From a bacterium (GTDB lineage: Bacteria; Sysuimicrobiota; Sysuimicrobiia; Sysuimicrobiales; Humicultoraceae), in NCBI GenBank assembly GCA_050695215.1, contig JBOGSD010000013.1, positions 1 through 59,460 on the forward strand: DNA of 59,460 bases, written 5' to 3'. Positions within the stretch are counted from its first letter, which is position 1; every line of letters starts with the position of its first letter. The notes below the pieces were generated by a model that ran no database searches, was not told the origin of the DNA, and saw only the letters and a program-made list of their open reading frames with translations. Positions 34,200-41,830 of this stretch are shown here, piece by piece. The position numbers and the translations under genes were made by a program.

Positions 34200-34570
34200 T
34201 GAACGCCGTCATCCCCCGAACTCAGCGGACCCCAACTCGTGCCAGGACGAGAGGGCCCCTTCTAACGATGCCCGTAACCATCAAAGAGGGCACGACGTTC
34301 ATGGTCTCTGACGAGCGGGGACTCCCCGAAGGACCGAGCTCGGCTTCTACCATGAGGACACCCGCTTCCTCAGCCCCTACGAACTCAGGCCGACGGGCAC
34401 CCCCCCGTACTCGCTACGCGGCGACGGATTACTTCGCTGCCGGACACATTCTGACCAATCCCGCCCTCCCAGCCGTGGACCGTGGGCTGCTTGGCGTCGT
34501 CCGGCAGCGGCTGGTTGGACGAGGCATGCACGAGGACCTAGAGGTGACCAAAAAGTATCCCCGCAGGTAA
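34199..34570 (+). pseudogene. Glycogen debranching enzyme (amylo-alpha-1,6-glucosidase) N-terminal remnant with frameshifts
   Basis: VTIKEGTTFMVSDERG, then in other frames GFYHEDTRFLSPYELRPTGTPP and ATDYFAAGHILTNPAL... The reading is truncated at about 125 codons. Confidence 0.5.
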
Positions 34571-34601
34571 CCGCAGGACGTTGACCGCGCTCGTCTCTGG
34601 A

Positions 34602-34618
34602 CACTACACTCCGTAGTA
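34602..34618. promoter_or_regulatory. Operator site 6: CACTAC-ACTCC-GTAGTA
   Basis: TTGACC(34581-34586)-N18-TACACT(34605-34610). It is 228 nt upstream of PBP2 ATG 34846. Confidence 0.45.
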
Positions 34619-34845
34619 AAAGCGGCGGTAATCTCTGTCGACGGCCGGATGGCCTCGACGTGCGGAAAACGCCTGCCCTGGATAGCTAGGAATTTCTGGA
34701 ACCAGATCCACAGTTCGCCCGCGACCCGCACCAGCAGACATGAGATCGCGTGCATGGAGCGAGGCATTCGATGCCTGGTCGAGGCTCAAGCAGAAGCGCA
34801 TGGCGTCCTCGCGAAGGAGTCCCCGGTACGTCAGGTGGCCCGTCG

Positions 34846-36624
34846 ATGAGATCTCCGGAACATAAAGGAGCGGGGGCCCGCCTTTCGGCGTTTGGCGTCG
34901 TCATCCTGCTACTGTTCGGCCTTCTGGCCGGCCGGCTCTGGCAGCTGCAGGTGCTGCAGGGCTCGAATTACCAGAGACTCTCCGAGGAGAACCGGCTCCG
35001 GGACCTCCGGTTGCGGGCCCCCCGCGGCATTATCTATGACCGCAAGAGACGGCCGCTGGCTTCCAACCGGCCGGCGTTCACCATCTCCGTGCTGCCAATG
35101 GAGCTTCGCGACCAGAAGAACGTCCTTCCCCGCCTTGCTGGCATTCTACAAATCCCGGAAGGAGAGATCCGCGATCGGCTGAGTGAGGCCCGCGGCCGCC
35201 CATTCGAGCCCGTCCGCATCCGTCGTGATGCGCCGAAAGCCATCGTCGCGATGATTGAGGAGAACCGGCTTGACCTGCGGGGCGTGATCGTCGAGGTTGA
35301 ACCCGTGCGGTTCTATCCGGAGGGCACGCTCGCGGCCCATACCCTTGGCTACGTCAGCGAGATTAGCCGCTCAGAGCTGGGGCTTCGCGTGTGGAAGGGC
35401 TACCGGATAGGAGACGTGATCGGCAAGGTCGGGATTGAACGCTTCTATGATCGGACGCTGCGCGGTCGGGACGGTCGGGTGCGAGTCGAGGTGGACGCCC
35501 GCGGACGCCCCCTCCGGATCCTCGCGCGCGACCCCTCAGATCCGGGCCGGTCAGCGGTGTTAACGATTGACCGTGACATCCAGCGGGCCGCGGAGGAGGC
35601 CCTTGGCGATCGAGTAGGAGCTCTGGTGGCCCTCGATCCAAGGAACGGCGAGATTCTGGCCATCGCCAGCCATCCCGCCTTCGACCCCAATCTGTTCGCG
35701 GCGGGGATCTCCGCACGAAAGTGGGCAGGACTGATGGGCGACCCTGCCCGCCCGCTTCTGAACAGGGCTGTCGACAGCGCCTACGAACCGGGTTCGGTCT
35801 TCAAGGTCGTCACAGCAGCCGCGGCGTTGACGCAGCGCACCGCAACCCGGGAGACTCGGGTTCACTGCCCGGGCTTCTTCAGGCTGGGCAGATCCATCTT
35901 CCGGGACCTGAAGGCCTATGGGACTGTCGACTTCGTGACAGGGGTGGCCGTATCGTGCAACGCCTTCTTTTGGACGCTGGGGCTGCGTACCGGCCCCGAG
36001 GCCCTTTCTCAGATGGCGCGAGCACTCGGGCTAGGAGAGCCGACAGGGATCGACCTCCCGTCTGAAAGCCCCGGCTTCATCCCCTCGATGAATTGGAAGC
36101 GACGGACGTTGGGCGAGGCGTGGTATCCGGGGGACACCTTGAACATGGCGATCGGCCAGGGATGGGTGCAAACAACGACTCTCCAAATCGCACGCATGGT
36201 GGCGGCTGTTGGTAATGGGGGAACGCTCGTACACCCGCATCTGGTCCGGGAAGTCCTGGACACGGACGGCCGCGTGGTCGAGCAGGTGACGGCTCCTCCG
36301 AATGGAAGGGTGGACTTTCCTCCCGATGCATTGGCGACGCTGCGCGATGCGCTGGAAGCAGTGGTGCTCCGAGGGACGGGCCGGCGGGCCGCCATCCCGG
36401 GGCTGACGATTGCCGGCAAGACGGGCAGCGCCGAGAACCCGCACGGTCAGCCTCACGCGTGGTTTGCTGCCTACGCCCCCGCCGAGCAACCCCGTATCGC
36501 TGTCGCTGTGCTCGTCGAGCATGGCCGGCGCGGAGGGCTCGTAGCGGCACCTATCGCCAGGGCTGTGCTGCAGGTGGCTCTCCAGATTCCGCCATCCCCC
36601 GAGGCGGGCGCGCCGCCCAGGTGA
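34846..36624 (+). CDS. mrdA: Penicillin-binding protein 2 (class B transpeptidase)
   Basis: ORF 34750..36624. TM anchor, then RLWQLQVLQGSNYQRLSEENRLR; SVFKVVT (SxxK); KTGSAE (KTG). Confidence 0.85.
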   Translation: MRSPEHKGAGARLSAFGVVILLLFGLLAGRLWQLQVLQGSNYQRLSEENRLRDLRLRAPRGIIYDRKRRPLASNRPAFTISVLPMELRDQKNVLPRLAGILQIPEGEIRDRLSEARGRPFEPVRIRRDAPKAIVAMIEENRLDLRGVIVEVEPVRFYPEGTLAAHTLGYVSEISRSELGLRVWKGYRIGDVIGKVGIERFYDRTLRGRDGRVRVEVDARGRPLRILARDPSDPGRSAVLTIDRDIQRAAEEALGDRVGALVALDPRNGEILAIASHPAFDPNLFAAGISARKWAGLMGDPARPLLNRAVDSAYEPGSVFKVVTAAAALTQRTATRETRVHCPGFFRLGRSIFRDLKAYGTVDFVTGVAVSCNAFFWTLGLRTGPEALSQMARALGLGEPTGIDLPSESPGFIPSMNWKRRTLGEAWYPGDTLNMAIGQGWVQTTTLQIARMVAAVGNGGTLVHPHLVREVLDTDGRVVEQVTAPPNGRVDFPPDALATLRDALEAVVLRGTGRRAAIPGLTIAGKTGSAENPHGQPHAWFAAYAPAEQPRIAVAVLVEHGRRGGLVAAPIARAVLQVALQIPPSPEAGAPPR

Positions 36625-36668
36625 CCGCGTTCCCGCCGAATCGCCTGCGCGAGCCTGGGATTGTTCCT

Positions 36669-37313
36669 CTAGCGGGCTGCTGAACCGCCCGGAGGGACAA
36701 CCAACGAAAGTCGTGCAGGGCCGGAGACAGCATTCGCCTGCCCGGCGCGCCACGCTCCCCAGACGGCCCCGCCGGCCAGCAGCGCGATGCTGACCGGGAT
36801 GAGGTAGACGCGGAGCGCGATCAGCGCCAGGACCGAGTTGGCGCCCAGGACGATCGCCACCGTGGGGACGCAGCAGGTGAATCCCGTCAAGAGGCTGGGG
36901 AGGGATCCAAGGAACCCCGAGACCGTACTCCGCCGGCAGGCGTACTGCGCTCTGAACTGATGAACCGCCAGCGAAAGGTTGACGCCAACGAGGATGGCGA
37001 GCAGGAGCCCCAACAGCAGGTTTGGCACAGCCAGCAGGATCACAAGCCGCGGTGTCAGGTACAGCGCGGCGACGGGTTCGTACGCATAAGGCGCGATCGC
37101 CCGCCAGAGCTTGAGCGGCCAGTCCGGCGCCACCTGGAACGCGGGAAAGCCCGGTAGAGGGACGGTAGCCGCGCGCAAATACACAATGTGTTGGATGCTG
37201 TACAGGTACATCAGCAGGTAGAGGAGCGCGGTAATCAGGACGATCCGGCGGTACGTCGGGAGCCTGAAGACGTGCGCGAACTGGCGACCGGCGATCGAGA
37301 GCACGCCGGTCAT
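36669..37313 (-). CDS. Polytopic membrane protein with an intramembrane vicinal Cys pair (TCCVP)
   Basis: 214 aa. LPSLLTGFTCCVPTVAIVLG. Its start overlaps the DUF3179 stop. Confidence 0.45.
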   Translation of the reverse strand: MTGVLSIAGRQFAHVFRLPTYRRIVLITALLYLLMYLYSIQHIVYLRAATVPLPGFPAFQVAPDWPLKLWRAIAPYAYEPVAALYLTPRLVILLAVPNLLLGLLLAILVGVNLSLAVHQFRAQYACRRSTVSGFLGSLPSLLTGFTCCVPTVAIVLGANSVLALIALRVYLIPVSIALLAGGAVWGAWRAGQANAVSGPARLSLVVPPGGSAAR

Positions 37314-38476
37314 CGCCCCTCCACCTGAGGGACGAAGAGCCTAGTCGCCGGGAAGAAAGCGTACCAGGCGAACCACATCACGTCGAACGTGTTGATCCCC
37401 ATCAATTGAGCCCCCCGGAGCTTCCCTTTGAGAGCTTGCCCGCGAGGCGACCAAGTGGTGCCCGTCTGGCGATCAGCGACGACGTCACCGCGGCGCTCGA
37501 ACTGCAAGACCTTCCCCTCAAGCCGGCGCGAGTAGACTCGCACCGTGTCGAGGGCGCTGTCGTACAGCACCACGATGGGCTCTTCCCCTATGTCTGTGTT
37601 GGACACCTCGACCTTTCGCATGGCGTCCTTCGGGATGGCCAGTTGCTCCCCGTTGTGCTTGATCCCCATGACGACGTGCTTCATCGGCAGGCGGTCGCTG
37701 CGGTGCATGATCGGGAAGAACGGCCCGCCCGTGAAGTAGTAGTTATTCCCGGGCCGACGGTACGAGCCGTACGGATCCTGCCCGTACGCCCGGATATGGC
37801 CGGTCTCCCTAGAGAGAACCAGCGTGTTCGGATAGAGGCGCTTCCACCGTTCCCACGTCGTCCACACGACCGGAAACTCCTCCAGCGTGGCACCTTTGAG
37901 ACGGCCCTGAATAGCGACCCCGAGGACCTGCGGCCAGTTGCTGTCCGTCGGCCGATCATACATGAGCAGGTTGCTGTTGACCAACATGCCGGAGGTGCCC
38001 AAGGTCAGGGGCTTGCCGTCGACGATCGGCGACCGGCCCCGGAAGCCGACAGCGGATCCTGTCAGCGGGCAGTAGGTGAGGGACGCCTGCTCGCCGCCGA
38101 AGGTATCGTTGACGATCTCGTGCCAGACCAGGATGATCTGCGGGAAGGCTTTGACCTCGCCCTTGTAGTCCACCCCGAAGACCACGTCCTCCGGGACGAG
38201 GAACTTATCCGCCTCGGCCGCGGAGGTATACTTGGGTCGGTCGATCGGAGGAATCCCGTCCTTCGGCGGGCCGCCCCGGATGACGTTGCTGGCGAAATCG
38301 TCAAGCGTCGGCAGCTTGCCGGCCGCAAGCGCCTGGGCTCGACGCCAGCGGTCGGGGCCGAGGATCGAGAAGAACGTCCCTCTGGTGAGCGCAAGAGCGA
38401 CCAGACCGGCAGCGCTGAGCCCGCCAAGGAGAAAGGCCCTGCGGGTGATTTCGGCGCCGTCCTTCACCGGCATCAC
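37310..38476 (-). CDS. DUF3179-domain protein with Tat-like signal
   Basis: RRAFLLGGLSAAG signal. GGPPKDGIPPIDRPKY...AFPQIILVWHEIVND...TYCPLTGS. Confidence 0.75.
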   Translation of the reverse strand: MMPVKDGAEITRRAFLLGGLSAAGLVALALTRGTFFSILGPDRWRRAQALAAGKLPTLDDFASNVIRGGPPKDGIPPIDRPKYTSAAEADKFLVPEDVVFGVDYKGEVKAFPQIILVWHEIVNDTFGGEQASLTYCPLTGSAVGFRGRSPIVDGKPLTLGTSGMLVNSNLLMYDRPTDSNWPQVLGVAIQGRLKGATLEEFPVVWTTWERWKRLYPNTLVLSRETGHIRAYGQDPYGSYRRPGNNYYFTGGPFFPIMHRSDRLPMKHVVMGIKHNGEQLAIPKDAMRKVEVSNTDIGEEPIVVLYDSALDTVRVYSRRLEGKVLQFERRGDVVADRQTGTTWSPRGQALKGKLRGAQLMGINTFDVMWFAWYAFFPATRLFVPQVEGR

Positions 38477-38521
38477 CTCTTACCATCATAAACCACAGGG
38501 AGGGCCCCGAAATTCCCGGAC

Positions 38522-38538
38522 CGCTACGCTATGTCGTG
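38522..38538. promoter_or_regulatory. Operator site 8: CGCTAC-GCTAT-GTCGTG, in the divergent DUF3179/DUF881 region
   Basis: 10/12 match to the consensus half-sites. Core promoter elements are not clear here. Confidence 0.4.
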
Positions 38539-38621
38539 GCAGGGTCCAGCCGGTGTCGCAGTCTGCCAGCGTGCTTGCCGCGCGAAGGGGTATCCTGGGG
38601 AAAGGAACCCTGGACGGTCCT

Positions 38622-39368
38622 ATGCTGAGCCCGGCGCGAGCGCGCCTCCCAGCGAAGCTCCTGACGCAGATGGCATTCCTCGCCGTCGGCCTGACGCTGG
38701 GCGTCGCCATCGGTAACCAGGTCCGTACCGCTCTGACGGTACGGGTGCATCTGGACGTCCTCCCCACGAGGCTGACCGAGCTGGCCTATCACCTGCACCA
38801 GCAGGAGCGTGCGCTAGAGGCTCTTCAGCAACAGGTTCAGGAGCTTCGCGCCCAGGCGTCGTCCCATGAGCAGGCGGTCACTGCGCAGCAACCGCGGCTC
38901 GCCGCCCTCGCCGGAGAGCTCCGGCGGCTGAAGTCCTTCGCCGGGCTCACGGCCCTGGAGGGCCCAGGCGTGGTGGTGGAGCTAGACGACAGCCGCCACC
39001 CGCGGCGTCCCGGCGAAAACCCGAACCTGTGGATCCTCCACAACTACGACGTGGCCGCCGTGGTCGGCGACCTGTGGGCGGCGGGCGCCGAGGCGGTCGC
39101 CGTCAACGGCGAGCGGATCGTGCCCACCACCGCCATCAGAAGCGTCTACACGACGCTCATGATCAATGACCGGCGCCTAGTCCCGCCGCTGCGCATCCTG
39201 GCGATCGGCGACCCGCGCGGTCTCGGTGAGTATCTCTTGCGTCCAGGGGGTCCGGTCGAGCGCCTCCAGGCCTTCGAATTCCCTGCCAGGGTCAGCCCAG
39301 CCGACCGGGTGATCATCCCCGCCTACAGAGGGGCCTTCTCCTTCAAACAGGCGCGGCCAAGCCGGTAG
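38622..39368 (+). CDS. DUF881-family protein, paralog 2
   Basis: ORF 38232..39368 trimmed to ATG 38622. GPGVVVELDD...GDLWAAGAEAVAVNGERIV. Confidence 0.75.
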   Translation: MLSPARARLPAKLLTQMAFLAVGLTLGVAIGNQVRTALTVRVHLDVLPTRLTELAYHLHQQERALEALQQQVQELRAQASSHEQAVTAQQPRLAALAGELRRLKSFAGLTALEGPGVVVELDDSRHPRRPGENPNLWILHNYDVAAVVGDLWAAGAEAVAVNGERIVPTTAIRSVYTTLMINDRRLVPPLRILAIGDPRGLGEYLLRPGGPVERLQAFEFPARVSPADRVIIPAYRGAFSFKQARPSR

Positions 39369-39746
39369 AGAGAACGCGCCTCTCTTTTCGTCTTCCGCCA
39401 GCCCACCGGCGATTGATCATCGGACTGGTTCAGATAGATCCGAGACACCCTCACCCCGAGGGTGGCGCACCGGAAACGTTGGTTTGAGCCGATTCGGCGG
39501 GGCTACACTGGCCCCATGAACGTCCAAGAAAGCATCCTGCCGGAAGGGCGGCGCGTCCGGGTCTCCCCCACGCTCTCTCGAGAGACCCTCCGCCGGCTGA
39601 AATGGATGGACTATGACCGAAACCAGGACGGCTGTAGCTGAACATCTGTACGCGTTTCAAGTTTCCTGCCGCCCGGACGGGACACTCCAACAGCGCCAAC
39701 GGGAGGGATAACAAAGGGGTCGACGGCCTAAGAAGGCCAGAATTGC

Positions 39747-39821
39747 TGGTGGGCCCGCCTGGGTTCGAACCAGGAACCGGCGCCTTATGAGGGCGCTGCT
39801 CTGCCCTTGAGCTACGGGCCC
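39747..39821 (-). tRNA. tRNA-Met (anticodon CAU; elongator Met or Ile2-type), CCA encoded
   Basis: GGGCCCGTAGCTCAAGGGCAGAGCAGCGCCCTCATAAGGCGCCGGTTCCTGGTTCGAACCCAGGCGGGCCCACCA folds as a cloverleaf: 7-bp acceptor stem, CTCATAA anticodon loop, GTTCGAA T-loop. The paired 1:72 position argues against an initiator. Confidence 0.9.
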
Positions 39822-39965
39822 GCAACGATTATAGCATCGGGCATTCCATCGACCGGACGAGGCCCCTAGGTCTTCCCACCGCGGTCGATCATCTCCAAGT
39901 GAGGGCATAGATCGCGAGATCGCTCGTCTACGCCCCGCCGTTTCGGCTAGAGTGTGGGGGGAATC

Positions 39966-40226
39966 ATGGCCGTCAATCCCATTGAAGTCAGGCTGGCGCA
40001 TCTCGAAGGCGCCTTCGAGCAGATCAATCATCGCCTCGGAGCGATCGAGGGGCGTCTCGATTCAATTGACTCTCGGATGGAGTCGCGATTTGCAGCGGTC
40101 GACGCCCGGTTAGAACGGTTGGAAGACAGACTGGTCTCTCGAATGGATCGTCAGTTCTACTGGATACTCACGCTCGTGGTTCTGTCGATCCTTGTCCCGA
40201 TCTCGCTCCGCGTCTTGAATCTCTGA
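39966..40226 (+). CDS. Small coiled-coil protein with C-terminal TM helix
   Basis: RLAHLEGAFEQINHRLGAIEGRLDSIDSRMESRFAAVDARLERLEDRL, then a TM helix. The architecture is XhlA-like, which is an inference only. Confidence 0.35.
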   Translation: MAVNPIEVRLAHLEGAFEQINHRLGAIEGRLDSIDSRMESRFAAVDARLERLEDRLVSRMDRQFYWILTLVVLSILVPISLRVLNL

Positions 40227-40260
40227 GCCTACACTCCCTAAGGACATCCGCCGCCGCGGC

Positions 40261-40998
40261 TCAATAGGCGACATGGAGCAGATATAGCCCGTGGGCGGGG
40301 GCGCTGGGACCTGCGGCGCCATCCGATCCAGAGGTCAGGAATGCCTCGATCGCTCCGGCATCGAGCGTGCCTCTTCCGACCCGGAGGACCGTTCCCACCA
40401 TCATCCGTACCATGTGGCGCAGGAAGCGGTCGGCGCCGAAGGTCAGCACCAACAGGTCGTCCCGCGCCTCGTCTAGCCCGGCGTGGGCCAACGTGCACCG
40501 CGTCGTCCGCGTGGGTGTCCCCAGGGCCCGGAACGCCCGGAAGTCATGTTCGCCTTCCAGCCGTCCCAGGGCCGTTCGCATCCCGTCAAGATCGAGCGCA
40601 TCACGAACGTGAAGGGCATTGGGCCGGAGCAACGCGGAGGGTTCGGGCCGCCGGAGGATGAGATAGCGATAGACGCGGAAGCGCGCGTCGCGGCGAGCGT
40701 GGAAATCGCGTGGAGCGTCGGCCGCCTCGCGGATGGAGACGTCGCGGGGCAGGAGGGCGTTCAGCCCACCGGCGATCCGTTCCGGCGGCAGGCGGCTCTC
40801 CGTGTGGAAGTGGGCCACCTGTCCCAGGGCGTGCACGCCGGCGTCAGTGCGGCCGGCCCCCACCACGCGGGCGGGGGTCTGCGTCAGCGCCTCGATGGCG
40901 CGTTCGAGTTCTCTCTGCACCGACCGATCGTTCCTCTGGCGCTGCCAGCCGGCGAAGTGCGTCCCATCGTACTCCACGGTCAGACGGATGGTGCGCAT
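40261..40998 (-). CDS. truA: tRNA pseudouridine(38-40) synthase
   Basis: MRTIRLTVEYDGTHFAGWQRQ...GRTDAGVHA. Confidence 0.9.
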   Translation of the reverse strand: MRTIRLTVEYDGTHFAGWQRQRNDRSVQRELERAIEALTQTPARVVGAGRTDAGVHALGQVAHFHTESRLPPERIAGGLNALLPRDVSIREAADAPRDFHARRDARFRVYRYLILRRPEPSALLRPNALHVRDALDLDGMRTALGRLEGEHDFRAFRALGTPTRTTRCTLAHAGLDEARDDLLVLTFGADRFLRHMVRMMVGTVLRVGRGTLDAGAIEAFLTSGSDGAAGPSAPAHGLYLLHVAY

Positions 40999-41008
40999 GC
41001 CGCCCGCG

Positions 41009-41830
41009 TCAGGGCAGGCCGAGCCAGCGGGGGAGCAGGACCACGGCGGACAGCGCCAGGGTGAGCACCCCGGCGGCCAGGTCGCGCGGGGAGAAGCGCA
41101 GCTCTTTCATCCGCGTCCGGCCCTCCCCGCCCCGGTAGGCGCGCGCCTCCATGGCCAGGGCCAGTTCGTCCGCCCGGCGGAAGGCGCTGAGAAAGAGCGG
41201 CACCAGCACCGGCAGCAGCGCGCGGGCGCGGCGCAGCACGTTCCCTTCCTGGAAAGAGGCCCCGCGGGCCATCTGCGCCTTCATGATCCGCTCCGTCTCC
41301 TCCAGCAGCGTGGGGATGAAGCGCAGCGCGATCGACATCATCATCGCCAGCTCGTGCCCGGGCACGCCGATGCGGCGGAAGGGGCGGAGCAACCGCTCCA
41401 TGCCGTCGGTCAGCGCCATCGGCGACGTGGTGAAGGTGAAGAGCGAGGTCGTCGCAATCAGCAGGATCAGCCGCAGGGCGATGAACACCGCCCGGGAGAG
41501 CGCCTCGGCCGTGATGACCACGGGGCCGAGGCTGATCAGCGGGGTCCCTCCGCGGATCCCGCTGAAAAGGAGGTTCAGAATAAACGTCAGCGCGATCAGG
41601 AAGGCCACCGGGCGCAGTCCCCGGAGCACGAATCCCAGCGGGATCTGGGCGGCGAGGAACAGGGCCACCAGCAGGGCGGCAAAGAGGGCGGTGCCGGCGA
41701 AGTCGCCGATGAGAAAGACGACCACGGTTAGGACGAAGGTGGCCGCGATCTTCGTGCGCGGATCCAGCCGGTGAATCGGAGAGTCCCGGGGGATGTACTG
41801 GCCGACGGGGGCGGAGCGCAGCAGTTCCAT
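41009..41830 (-). CDS. ecfT: ECF transporter transmembrane component EcfT
   Basis: CbiQ/EcfT-like polytopic ORF located after two ecfA genes. Confidence 0.85.
   Translation of the reverse strand: MELLRSAPVGQYIPRDSPIHRLDPRTKIAATFVLTVVVFLIGDFAGTALFAALLVALFLAAQIPLGFVLRGLRPVAFLIALTFILNLLFSGIRGGTPLISLGPVVITAEALSRAVFIALRLILLIATTSLFTFTTSPMALTDGMERLLRPFRRIGVPGHELAMMMSIALRFIPTLLEETERIMKAQMARGASFQEGNVLRRARALLPVLVPLFLSAFRRADELALAMEARAYRGGEGRTRMKELRFSPRDLAAGVLTLALSAVVLLPRWLGLP

Noticed and set aside
34649-34849. Small ORFs in the PBP2 leader (34649..34849 +, 34604..34801 -) as possible regulatory peptides.
   Set aside because: They have no ribosome-binding sites or recognisable motifs, and their composition resembles chance ORFs in GC-rich DNA.
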